64,000 nt of DNA, from sequence record MK308676.1. One strand, given 5' to 3'. The notes under the pieces were generated by a model. That model saw only the letters and a list, made by a program, of their open reading frames with translations, searched no databases and was not told where the DNA came from. This document shows, piece after piece, positions 28,183 to 37,842 of this stretch. The translations under genes were made by a program, and so were the position numbers. Within the stretch, counting starts at the first letter, position 1, and each line of letters begins with the position of its first letter.

Positions 28183-29035
28183 TTAGTCGATTGATACGGT
28201 TAGTGTAGTAATCGATTTGTTTCTGGATACCCGCAAGCTCTTCTTCAGACGCCCCAGCAGCACGTTGTTCCAAGTAGTATACGGTTGTCTGAAGACGAGC
28301 AACCTCATCTTGAGCACGGTCGTACTTCTTCTTAAGATAAAGATTCTTAAGTTCGCCAATGAAGACATTGATGTCGCCAATGACTGGAATAAGATTTGCT
28401 TGGAATGGGTCAGACGCATTACCTTTAAGGCGACGAATGATATCTTCTTCACCTGGCTGGTAGTTAACGTCTTTGATTTTAGCCAGCGCTTCTGAGATTT
28501 TATCAGGCCCACGTTGGATAGCGTCCAGTACAGCAGCAAGCTTGTACATTTCTTTTTGGTCAGCAGCAGCTTTAGCGTAAGGTTGCTCTTTAGGTTTAAG
28601 AGGCTCGTCTACTTCAAGACGTGCAACGACGTAAAGGAACTTACGGACGTAAGTATCTGCTTCTTCTAACAACAGAAGGAAAGTAAGTAACTGAGCTTGG
28701 TCATAAGTCAATGCTTCTTTAAACACGTCGCGACGGAAAGAGTCTTTGAACAAAGATTCCCACTTCGCACGGTCTGCCATTAGTTTTTCGAACGACTCCT
28801 TAATAAAGGCAGTCGGGTTGCGACCATAGCCTGTTACGTTTAGGCGACGGCTCTTAAAGGTTTCATCAAGCGCTCGGTAGATTGAAGTGTTTGCACCAAC
28901 ACTAGGGTCTAACAGAGTCATAGGGACTGTGTTATCCTTGATGTTGTTCATGATGTCCTCAACACGAGTCATGATGATTTTCTTATCTGTTTTCTCTAGT
29001 AGTCCAGAGAAGACTTTAGACAGTATCTTTTTCAC
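28127..29035 (-). CDS. Head/inner-body protein (phiKZ gp90-like)
   Basis: 302 aa; C-terminal coiled coil; synteny. Confidence 0.5.
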   Translation of the reverse strand: MKKILSKVFSGLLEKTDKKIIMTRVEDIMNNIKDNTVPMTLLDPSVGANTSIYRALDETFKSRRLNVTGYGRNPTAFIKESFEKLMADRAKWESLFKDSFRRDVFKEALTYDQAQLLTFLLLLEEADTYVRKFLYVVARLEVDEPLKPKEQPYAKAAADQKEMYKLAAVLDAIQRGPDKISEALAKIKDVNYQPGEEDIIRRLKGNASDPFQANLIPVIGDINVFIGELKNLYLKKKYDRAQDEVARLQTTVYYLEQRAAGASEEELAGIQKQIDYYTNRINRLSAWIEDTEESARGGYEYN

Positions 29036-29049
29036 GTTCTACATCCTCG

Positions 29050-30189
29050 TTACATTGAGTACTGTTCGCCTGCTTTGTAAGCACGCATGATTGCATTGAT
29101 GTCCATTGCACCAGGATTAGTTGCAGCTGGAGCGATTTGGTCGTACGAGTAATCACCGTACTCTTCAACGCCGCGCTGATAAATACGAACCAATTCCATT
29201 TCTTGGTCTACGACACAAAGAAGCATAGAACCAGTAAGCTCGAAGTACTTGTGACGGTGACGCTCTTTAGTAAGAGAACCGTTCATGATGCCTTCGATTT
29301 GACGAGCAGTGCGCTTAGTGATAACAATCATGGAAGACGCAATGTTCATCTGTTTCTTGCCGCTTAGGAAAGAACTTAACAGACCACGTTTCTGGCGAAT
29401 CTTCGCCATCTCGTATTGACCATCTTTATCATTGATAAGAAGGTCTAGGTCGTTCTCAATCATATCTACGCCAAGTGCGTAGTCAGCAAATGATTTAAAC
29501 TCACCCGCCATGTAGCGATGCCAACGGCCTTTGTAGCTGTTGTCGCGAGATAAGAACGCTTCAAGCGTCTTAAGCATAGTGCGAGTGTTTAGAGTGCGAG
29601 GATTAAGAGTACAAGTAACTTGAACCTTAACTTTATCTTCGGCATCTAGAGGAACTTCGATTACTTTACCTACCGCTAAGTTAGCTGGTTTAGAAAGGTC
29701 GATAGATTCCATCGATACTTCAATTAGCTCTTTGCGAGTTGGTTCTTGGAAGTCAGCCATGATATCAAGGTTGTCTTCGTCCCACGACTTACTAGCCGCA
29801 ACAGAACCGCCTAGGATGCCGTCAATGCAGAAATCGTCAGAACCCAACATTGCAACAGCAGTGTCGATTGTGTCATGCACATTGTAACGATTGTTTGAAG
29901 TTTGGTCTAAGATAGACATGACTTCGACGTTACCGATTTTAGTAACGCGTTGTACAACAGCTAGGTAATGGCCGATGTAAAGCGCTAAAAGAAGCTGGCT
30001 AATTGATTGAGAGACCTGAGGGTCCATACGAGAAATATCTTGCTCAAAAAGAGCCGGCGGAGACATGCGTGCGTACTGAGAGAACTCAGATAAAGAGCGA
30101 CGAGAGTCAGATGCGTTTAACGCCGCTTTAGCTCCCGCTCCCGCAATAGTCGTTGCTACATTTAGCAGTGTCTGTTCTGGAGTATTCAT
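29050..30189 (-). CDS. Head/inner-body protein (phiKZ gp89-like)
   Basis: 379 aa; EVSMES site; synteny. Confidence 0.55.
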   Translation of the reverse strand: MNTPEQTLLNVATTIAGAGAKAALNASDSRRSLSEFSQYARMSPPALFEQDISRMDPQVSQSISQLLLALYIGHYLAVVQRVTKIGNVEVMSILDQTSNNRYNVHDTIDTAVAMLGSDDFCIDGILGGSVAASKSWDEDNLDIMADFQEPTRKELIEVSMESIDLSKPANLAVGKVIEVPLDAEDKVKVQVTCTLNPRTLNTRTMLKTLEAFLSRDNSYKGRWHRYMAGEFKSFADYALGVDMIENDLDLLINDKDGQYEMAKIRQKRGLLSSFLSGKKQMNIASSMIVITKRTARQIEGIMNGSLTKERHRHKYFELTGSMLLCVVDQEMELVRIYQRGVEEYGDYSYDQIAPAATNPGAMDINAIMRAYKAGEQYSM

Positions 30190-30237
30190 TTTTTTATTTA
30201 CCTGTATAACTGCGCAGTTAAAGATAAGAAGGTTACT

Positions 30238-31275
30238 ATGGCAACCAAGAAAATAGAAACCGTTCGTCGACAGTTAGGTTTCGGTTCACCGGAGTCGAAT
30301 GCTTACAATTTGTTCCACGGAATTAACCACCGAGGAACTGGGGATTTAACACCGACGAATCTTGATAACCACGGGTATGTGTTTTTCACGAAACCCGTTT
30401 TAAATTTAACAACGGACAATATCCGTAAAGTTAGTAAGCTATATTATTTAACTTCACAAGACTCTAATACTAACGGCACAGCTATCAAATGCTGCCTGAT
30501 GCCTAAACGTGAAGGTGACCGATACGAGCCAGGAAATACTCGTTCGGCTGTAATTGATGACAAGAGTGCTTTCATTCCGTTCCTAACAAACACACTCATT
30601 TCCTTCACAGGTTGGCCTGATGAGGTAACGGAATTTATCGACACGGACGAAGGTAACGCGAAAGAAATCCATGGCCATGTAGATGACCGCCCTGAGAACT
30701 TTGGCACCTTTGACTTGTCAGCTACGTTCGTTGCAAAAGAAGGCGACCCGCACATTGCCTTGTTCTCTGCTTGGCGTGAATATATGACCCGCGTAGCCGA
30801 GGGAACAACCATGACTCCTTTCCCTGAGATGATTGAATATGACGAAATCGATTACATGACTCGCCCTTATGTTCTCATCCTAGGGCCTGACCGTAAGCGC
30901 ATTCAAAAGATAGCAGCAGCGGGTGCGGCTGTTCCTAAAGCGGTCACGACAGGTGCTTCGTTTAACTACAACTCCGAAGCGGTATTCTCAGAAGAGAACC
31001 AACAGATAGATGTCCCATTTAAATGCTACGGAGCTATCTATAATGACCCGGCACTAATCGATGACTTTAACTGGACGGTGCAACAGTTTAACCCTGACAT
31101 GGAAGACTCACGCCGAGCAACATCGATGGTTAAGTTGACACCTCGCGAGAAGACGTTCTTTAACTTTTACGGATATCCGCGCATCGAAAAAGAAACGATG
31201 GAATTAGAATGGTGGCTCGATTTTGAAACTTACAATGCGCTACTATTACAACTAGAGGACGAAGGCGATGTCTAA
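30238..31275 (+). CDS. Baseplate/tail-tube-like structural protein (phiKZ gp88-like)
   Basis: 345 aa; divergent from the head operon; coupled to the wedge gene. Confidence 0.5.
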   Translation: MATKKIETVRRQLGFGSPESNAYNLFHGINHRGTGDLTPTNLDNHGYVFFTKPVLNLTTDNIRKVSKLYYLTSQDSNTNGTAIKCCLMPKREGDRYEPGNTRSAVIDDKSAFIPFLTNTLISFTGWPDEVTEFIDTDEGNAKEIHGHVDDRPENFGTFDLSATFVAKEGDPHIALFSAWREYMTRVAEGTTMTPFPEMIEYDEIDYMTRPYVLILGPDRKRIQKIAAAGAAVPKAVTTGASFNYNSEAVFSEENQQIDVPFKCYGAIYNDPALIDDFNWTVQQFNPDMEDSRRATSMVKLTPREKTFFNFYGYPRIEKETMELEWWLDFETYNALLLQLEDEGDV

Positions 31276-34129
31276 TTACAAGTACATTGATGACTTGGCT
31301 AACCATTTTGCTATTTCGCCCGCTACGACATTTACGCACGGTACGCGAATGCTGAACGATGCGATTGGCGGCGAGGTGGACATAGCTGACCCTAACAACC
31401 CTTTCATCGGCTTGTTGGAAATTAACGCTACACAAGTAGCTGCTCTCATGCAAAGAACGGACGTATCTACGCGTAAACGTTTTGCTAAGCTAGCACAAAC
31501 TCTAACCGACCTTTACCCGCACATGTCCGATGAAGACTTTGCAGGTATCTTCGGTTCGCCTAACTACCAACATGTTATCTCGGTAGGCTTAGGTAAGAAT
31601 CAAATCATTGCAAACGCAGTTGCTGATTCTGGAACAGGACTTCGACACATCCGTATTCCTCGCGATACAATCTTCCGTGCCGATGACCTGCCTTTTACTA
31701 TTCATCAACCTATCGACATTTCGGTGTATCCAAACGGAGAACTGAGAGCAGAATTTGATAGTTCGGTTGAGTCTCCCATTAACAGACGACAATCTAACAT
31801 CATAGAAACTAACATCGGTTTCTGGGAAGGCACAGAGATGTTTGTAATGAACATTCCTTGTGACCAGTTAGATATCCTTTCTGTGGCTGAACCGGTTACC
31901 GCTTCTACGAGCTGGGAGCAGGAAGTGGAGATTGCGGGTAACTTCTTCTATGCTCGAGGTTACTACAGTTCAGATAACATTAACTGGACTGAGATGCATA
32001 CCACGTTCGATACTAATAACTTCGACCCTATCAATCCGACGATGGTTGTCCGTGTAGAAGATGGCTTGGTACGCTGCTTTATTCCAGACGTGTTCATTGA
32101 AGAAGAGCGTGTGGGTGCTTATGCTCGAGTTGACGTCTATACAACTCAAGGACGTATTAACATTGACTTGTCTAATTCAGACTCAGCGGATTGGGAAGCG
32201 GAATGGAACGACTACAGTGGGCTTTCTGCTGGCTACGTGGCTCCTCTGCAAAACATTACATCTCGCATAATTTTCTCTACCCAGGTTTCTACCGGCGGTA
32301 GCGATGCGATGACGTTTGAAGAAATCAAAGACCGCGTTATCTATAACCGCTTTGGTAAGAACGGTGCTTATACAGGCGAAGAGTTACGTCAAGAACTACG
32401 TGAGTTGGGCTATGAGTCTTCTCTACGTAAGGACACTCTGACTGACCGTATCTATGTTGCGTCTAAACGCATCGACGATGCTGTGCTGTTAAGTGACACG
32501 GGACTAGCCACAGGTATCGGCGTAATCTCCGAACCTATTGCTTTCTACACTGGACGCACCGACCTAGCCTACGCTATGCGCAAGCATACAACACGTGCTA
32601 CGATTCTGCCTGCTGCTCTTTATAAAGAACAGTCCGGTGGCGTTAGTATTCTGAGTGAAGCCGAGAAAGACGCATTACATGCTCTGACTCCAAGTGCGCT
32701 TGTAGACGAGCTGAACCAAAACGATTACTTCTACACTCCTTTCTACACTGTGCTGGATTACACAAACACATTGTTTACATCTCGCGCTTATTGGTTAAGC
32801 AGTCCAGAAGTTGTTTATCGTAATGCTCTTGTCAACAACAATGCTTTAGGTTTCACAGCATCGACTACAGACGTTCAGGTCACACACGACACGGACAAGA
32901 TGTCTGTTAAAGTTACAGCGGCCAGACCTAAAGATGTAACTGGCATTCATCTACAGATGACGTTCAAAGGCGATGATGAAGAACTGTACTACGTAACTCA
33001 ACCAGCTACGTACTTGACAGACACAACAATGGAGTTCACGTTCGAGTTCGGAACAACATACGACATTGATTCTTCTCACAACTTTAACACAACGGCTAAA
33101 GATAAGAACCACAGCACTGTAGATGTCCGCATCAACTTGGAACAAGAGTTTGAGCTGTTCTTTATCGTAGAGACTCCTACTTCGACTGCTTCATCTTTCG
33201 ATGATAAGTTCTACTCCGGTGGCTACGGTACAACAGTAACTGCTATTGCGTATGAAAACCTTAAGGCTCGTTTCGGTCGTTACTTAGATGGCCTGTTCCT
33301 TTCTTCACGTACCCTTGTTCAATCGGCAACTTATGAACTTCACTTAGTAGATGTTCCTGAGACTTACCTAGAGAACGTGTACGAGACAGACGCGAATGGT
33401 TACAAGCCATATGTGGATAACGACGGCAACATCACCTTTAACTTGCTACATGCAATCGGTGACCCTAAGCTCGATGGCAATGGCGACCCAGTCTACCTAC
33501 ATCGCGCAGGCGACCCTAAGCTAAATGCTGCTACAGGCGACCCTATCATTGCGAACCCGGAAGACTATTCTCGCGAAGTTCGTCTACCTCTGTTAGATGC
33601 TCGTTTCCTATTAGCAACGGACGAGTCCATTGTAGCGTACAGAGAAGCTCTACCAGCTCGCATTTACGAGTACTTGAGCAAAGACATTGCTGAACTGAGA
33701 AAGAGCGTCCTAGAGCGCACAAACTTGTTCTACGAACCTCTAACTAACCAACAGTCTACTCTGGTTAAAGTAGCGGACGGAAGAGAACAGTCTATGCGTA
33801 CCGCTCTGGCATTCGCGATTGACTTCCAGCTAACTGTGCCGGCTTATGAGAATGACGCATTCCGTGCTGCTCTGATTAGTTCGGCTAAGACCACCCTGGC
33901 AACTATCCTTTCTTCTAACGAAATTGCGATGTCTGTCATTACGTCTCAGTTGAAAGCATTGGCGCCGGATAACATTCTTAATGTGACTGTGTCTAACCCA
34001 ATCGGTTCTACTGGCTATGCTTCTATTCAAGAAGCACTTTCTAGCTTTAGTATCGGTAAGACTATGCGTCTACAGCCAAACGGTCAAACTGTTATTGTGG
34101 ATGACGTTAGTGTTTCGTTCTCGAAATAG
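31268..34129 (+). CDS. Baseplate wedge protein (phiKZ gp87-like)
   Basis: 953 aa; STGGSDAMTFEEIK wedge-like motif; H-x-x-GDP repeats. Confidence 0.6.
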   Translation: MSNYKYIDDLANHFAISPATTFTHGTRMLNDAIGGEVDIADPNNPFIGLLEINATQVAALMQRTDVSTRKRFAKLAQTLTDLYPHMSDEDFAGIFGSPNYQHVISVGLGKNQIIANAVADSGTGLRHIRIPRDTIFRADDLPFTIHQPIDISVYPNGELRAEFDSSVESPINRRQSNIIETNIGFWEGTEMFVMNIPCDQLDILSVAEPVTASTSWEQEVEIAGNFFYARGYYSSDNINWTEMHTTFDTNNFDPINPTMVVRVEDGLVRCFIPDVFIEEERVGAYARVDVYTTQGRINIDLSNSDSADWEAEWNDYSGLSAGYVAPLQNITSRIIFSTQVSTGGSDAMTFEEIKDRVIYNRFGKNGAYTGEELRQELRELGYESSLRKDTLTDRIYVASKRIDDAVLLSDTGLATGIGVISEPIAFYTGRTDLAYAMRKHTTRATILPAALYKEQSGGVSILSEAEKDALHALTPSALVDELNQNDYFYTPFYTVLDYTNTLFTSRAYWLSSPEVVYRNALVNNNALGFTASTTDVQVTHDTDKMSVKVTAARPKDVTGIHLQMTFKGDDEELYYVTQPATYLTDTTMEFTFEFGTTYDIDSSHNFNTTAKDKNHSTVDVRINLEQEFELFFIVETPTSTASSFDDKFYSGGYGTTVTAIAYENLKARFGRYLDGLFLSSRTLVQSATYELHLVDVPETYLENVYETDANGYKPYVDNDGNITFNLLHAIGDPKLDGNGDPVYLHRAGDPKLNAATGDPIIANPEDYSREVRLPLLDARFLLATDESIVAYREALPARIYEYLSKDIAELRKSVLERTNLFYEPLTNQQSTLVKVADGREQSMRTALAFAIDFQLTVPAYENDAFRAALISSAKTTLATILSSNEIAMSVITSQLKALAPDNILNVTVSNPIGSTGYASIQEALSSFSIGKTMRLQPNGQTVIVDDVSVSFSK

Positions 34130-34139
34130 AACATAAAAG

Positions 34140-34168
34140 ACTCTCCTACTCCTTCGGGAGTAGGAGAG
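34140..34168. repeat. 29-bp TTCG hairpin identical to 39618-39646 (bidirectional terminator)
   Basis: actctcctactccttcgggagtaggagag lies between convergent genes. Confidence 0.85.
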
Positions 34169-34175
34169 AATCTTT

Positions 34176-35621
34176 TTATGCCGTCATGATAGCAGCAGCG
34201 AGTTCTTCAGATGAAGTACCTGCGATGATTTGGAAGCCAGTCTTACCTAAGGTCACAAACTTAAACCCTAGGGCAGCTACCGCATTTGTATCTACTAGCT
34301 CAGTAGTCTTAAGTGTGAAACGAATACGAGTAATGCAACCTTCCACATGCTCAATGTTATCGCGTCCTCCTACTGCCACTAAAATCTTCTTAGCAATAGA
34401 AGGGTTACTAAAATTTGAGGAACTACCTTTCTTATCAGCAGTTAAAGCCGACGTACAGTAGATGCGAGTCTCTTCTTGTACTGTAAGAACCTTACCTAGC
34501 ATCTCAGAGAAGTATGCTACGTATTTAGCCTGTTCAGACACAAGTAGACCGATAGCGGTGTTACAAGCTTGCAGTGTCTTCACTGCGTCACCTGCGATAC
34601 CTACTTGGTCTTCATCCATCTTCTGCGTGATAGAAGTAGTGCGTTTCAAGAAGCTAGAGTGACGCTTCTTATATTTAGAAACCGCATCTTCCATCTTGTC
34701 CATTGCTTTGTCCATGCTGTTACGAGCTTCCTGGATTTCTTTAGTATCTGGAAGTTTACGAATAGCGTCTAAATCAACGAACTTCTTGGTACGCTCTTCT
34801 TTCTGATGCTGGAGCCATGCTCTGCGCTGAGCATTAATCTGCATACAGAACGGAGAAGCTTGCTTAGGCCCTACTTTATAGAAGAACGGAGAAGGCGTCA
34901 TGAACGAGTTGCTGTCGATTGGGCGTGCGCCAGGAACAACAATGCTTAAAGAAGCAGTTGCTGAGTACATTGGCTCGAAAGCTTTCTCAAACTCTTTAAG
35001 TAGAGTATCTTTCAAACCACCTACAGACGAAGAGCTGTCAATGAATGATTTCAGTTCTTTGTATGCCATCTCGTTAAGTTTCTCGCCCACTTCTAAAGCA
35101 TGTACGACGTCGTTAACTGCTTGCTCTAGTACGTCAGGTCCTGAACTGTCCCAAGGTGCAAACGTAGGGTCATACTGAGCAATCTGGTCATCCACGTTAG
35201 GGAAAGCTTGTACGAAGCCATTACGGAACTCTTCAGAGTCTGCGTCTGCGTCTGGAGTCTTAACGCGAGAACCACGAAGTAGCTCTGCTAGCTTACGGCG
35301 AATAGCCTTGATAACTTTCAAGACAATCTCGTACACCTTCTCACCGCCAGCTACAGCTAAACTGAATGCTTTAGCGAAGATAGACTCCATCGCCACTTCT
35401 ACGTTCATTTGAGAATTAAACTCGGTAAAAGCTTTAACTGGATATTCGTCAGTGAAGTCTTTCATGCCGTACGCTGATTCCATAGCAACGACGTCGCCAC
35501 GGTTGATGCCTGAATAAGAAATCTTATCAGCCAACTTAAGAAGGGCCGATAACTCGACCGCTCCGTGTTGTTCATCTAGCGTTGCGGCTTCCAGCTCAAT
35601 ATCGATTTGCTCGAAGTCCAT
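34176..35621 (-). CDS. Internal head protein fused to a C-terminal PTS EIIB domain
   Basis: VAMES and EVAMES propeptide sites; C-terminus ILVAVGGRDNIEHVEGCITRIRFTLK...GFQIIAG matches EIIB of the Glc/GlcNAc family. Confidence 0.8.
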   Translation of the reverse strand: MDFEQIDIELEAATLDEQHGAVELSALLKLADKISYSGINRGDVVAMESAYGMKDFTDEYPVKAFTEFNSQMNVEVAMESIFAKAFSLAVAGGEKVYEIVLKVIKAIRRKLAELLRGSRVKTPDADADSEEFRNGFVQAFPNVDDQIAQYDPTFAPWDSSGPDVLEQAVNDVVHALEVGEKLNEMAYKELKSFIDSSSSVGGLKDTLLKEFEKAFEPMYSATASLSIVVPGARPIDSNSFMTPSPFFYKVGPKQASPFCMQINAQRRAWLQHQKEERTKKFVDLDAIRKLPDTKEIQEARNSMDKAMDKMEDAVSKYKKRHSSFLKRTTSITQKMDEDQVGIAGDAVKTLQACNTAIGLLVSEQAKYVAYFSEMLGKVLTVQEETRIYCTSALTADKKGSSSNFSNPSIAKKILVAVGGRDNIEHVEGCITRIRFTLKTTELVDTNAVAALGFKFVTLGKTGFQIIAGTSSEELAAAIMTA

Positions 35622-36427
35622 TAGTAATTCTCCTCTTCGGTCTCAGCGTAAGGGTTAACAATTACTTTCTCTTCCAGCATCGCTTCGATGATGTCAATCC
35701 AGTCCGGTTGCTCTGAGTAACCCATGATAATCTGCTTACAAACTTCATGGTGCTGAGGACCGATGTTCATGTTACCCAGGCAGGCTACTACGTAGTCGTA
35801 GTCACGGATATCGCCGAACGTAACACCGTCACGGTTAGTAATCATGAATTCTAACATGCGCGTCACCACGTTCTGGATGACGGCCTTCATGGCGTTTAAG
35901 CGATAAGCCGGAATATCGTCGTCATATTTCTCTTCCATAGCAGTGAAAATGGACTGTACTATGGTCTCTTTAGAACCTGCAATGTTGTTATTGCGGAAAG
36001 AAATACCTGAAAAGATTTCTTGATGTTGGCGAGTATGCTCCAAAAGGAAATCGAAAGCCATGTAATCGTCGCGTTCAGTCAGGTCTTCGACTTCTTCAAA
36101 CACTTGCCAGAAGCGGATGTGGTTACAGATTACATAGCCGGGGTCAGTCCAATAACGAGAACGGTCCTTGTAGATGCGACGTGCTAGTTCAACCACGAGG
36201 TCACAATCGCACATAATCGAACGGGCCATGCGTTTCGCTTCTGCCTTCGCTAGAGGGAACACGCTTTCCATCCAGATGTTATCGAACTGATAGTCGTACT
36301 CGTAATGGTAGATAGGTAGTGACTTTTGAATTTCGAAAGCGGCTAGCAACGTAGACACGCTCATGTTAGGTAATAGGACTGCCGAGTGTTTACGTGCAAT
36401 CTCATTCAATAAACGATATTTGTCCAT
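35621..36427 (-). CDS. Conserved hypothetical virion-associated protein
   Basis: 268 aa; stop overlaps the downstream start. Confidence 0.55.
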   Translation of the reverse strand: MDKYRLLNEIARKHSAVLLPNMSVSTLLAAFEIQKSLPIYHYEYDYQFDNIWMESVFPLAKAEAKRMARSIMCDCDLVVELARRIYKDRSRYWTDPGYVICNHIRFWQVFEEVEDLTERDDYMAFDFLLEHTRQHQEIFSGISFRNNNIAGSKETIVQSIFTAMEEKYDDDIPAYRLNAMKAVIQNVVTRMLEFMITNRDGVTFGDIRDYDYVVACLGNMNIGPQHHEVCKQIIMGYSEQPDWIDIIEAMLEEKVIVNPYAETEEENY

Positions 36428-36433
36428 TGCTAA

Positions 36434-37783
36434 TTATCCTTCGAGTTTAGCAGCCAAGTAGTTAAGGTTGCTGTTAGAGAAATCTTCAAGTAGTTGTTGG
36501 CCCTTCAGTGAGCGATATGCTTTGCGGCCAGCAGGGAAGAATGTTTTACCGAACCATTGGAAAACGCCTAAAGCATCTTCATAGTTCTCGAGTAGTTCGT
36601 CGATAGCTTCAATTTCCATCGCTACCATCTTACGAGTATCTCGGTCTTTTGCATCTTTCAAGCGTGCAACGGTTTCGAGACGGATAACTTCTACTCGACG
36701 TTTAGGGTTGTCGTATACCGACTGCTGAATCTTGCTTTCTGCATACATGTTAGAAAGAAGTACCAACTGCACGAATGCGAAACAGACTAGAGCTAGAGGT
36801 ATGCTACCGCCGCCCGACAGAGCCGCTGCTGCAAGGAGCCCGGTATAGAAAGTAGAAGCTAAGTAGATAGTCATGGTTGCTGCAAAGCTAACTGCGTTGC
36901 CCCAGCGAGTACGTCGCTCCGTGTGCCATGCTCTATCTAGCTTGTTCATGCCTTTAGCTAAATGTACGCCCAAGCCCATGCGAGAAACGTATTGGTCAGC
37001 CAGAGATTCCCACGAACGAACTTCGTAGATGTTCAAGCCTAAGTCCGAACGAGACTTTTCGATACATTCGTTGTACATTACAACGCGTAGCTCATCTTCG
37101 TTCTTAGCGTTCAAGATAGCTTTCTCGCTACCTTTACCGATGCCGTGCTCTTGTTGCAGCTCAAAGATGTAATTCATCTTGTCGGCGTTTTCTTTTGCGC
37201 CGATAACTGCTTGAACGAAACCAGTAAGTACAAAGTTAGTGATGGACTGACGGTAGCCCCATTCGTAGAATGAAACTAAATGTCCCAGTTCGTGGAACAG
37301 AATGGCTGCTAGTTCTTCAGACGTGAACTTGTACGGAGTGTTCTTATGGTAAAACTCTGTACCCAGCTTAATGATATGCTCGTAGTGTTCAGGTGCACCT
37401 TCGATGCGACCAGTGGTACGATTTACACGCCAGTGGAAGTTCTCATGTTTCTTCATGAAAACAGTTTGTGCTTTGGTATCGGCTTCCCAGTCGATTCCGT
37501 AGTAATCCATGTAACTGCGATAGAATGGGTGGTCACCCAAAGCTTTAGGGAACTCTACGTAAGCATTGGCTCCTTCGAAGGCACCGATGTTAACTTTAGC
37601 TCCGACCATCGCTGTTACTTTCTCGTCAAGGCCACTCGCCTTGATGTTTCTATCGTTCCAGCCTTCCTGTCGAATCCGGTCGATAGTTTCGACGATGTCT
37701 TTCACATCATCGCGGTCCCATTGGAAATCAATCGCTTCCATGGAGACTTCTGTCTTTGGTAAAAATGCGTTAACACTAAACAC
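36434..37783 (-). CDS. Head protein with zinc metallopeptidase (M48-like) motifs and hydrophobic segments (phiKZ gp84/86-like)
   Basis: EVSMEA site near the N-terminus; HELGH; ESLAD; ~50-aa hydrophobic stretch. Confidence 0.6.
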   Translation of the reverse strand: MFSVNAFLPKTEVSMEAIDFQWDRDDVKDIVETIDRIRQEGWNDRNIKASGLDEKVTAMVGAKVNIGAFEGANAYVEFPKALGDHPFYRSYMDYYGIDWEADTKAQTVFMKKHENFHWRVNRTTGRIEGAPEHYEHIIKLGTEFYHKNTPYKFTSEELAAILFHELGHLVSFYEWGYRQSITNFVLTGFVQAVIGAKENADKMNYIFELQQEHGIGKGSEKAILNAKNEDELRVVMYNECIEKSRSDLGLNIYEVRSWESLADQYVSRMGLGVHLAKGMNKLDRAWHTERRTRWGNAVSFAATMTIYLASTFYTGLLAAAALSGGGSIPLALVCFAFVQLVLLSNMYAESKIQQSVYDNPKRRVEVIRLETVARLKDAKDRDTRKMVAMEIEAIDELLENYEDALGVFQWFGKTFFPAGRKAYRSLKGQQLLEDFSNSNLNYLAAKLEG

Positions 37784-37842
37784 GGTAGTACCTCGAGGTA
37801 TAAAATAATAAGTGTGACGAATTAGCTAGTTGGTCACAAGAT

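Noticed and set aside
33440-33560. GDP(K)L tandem repeats in the baseplate wedge gene
   Set aside because: Short structural beta-hairpin repeats typical of such proteins; no independent signal
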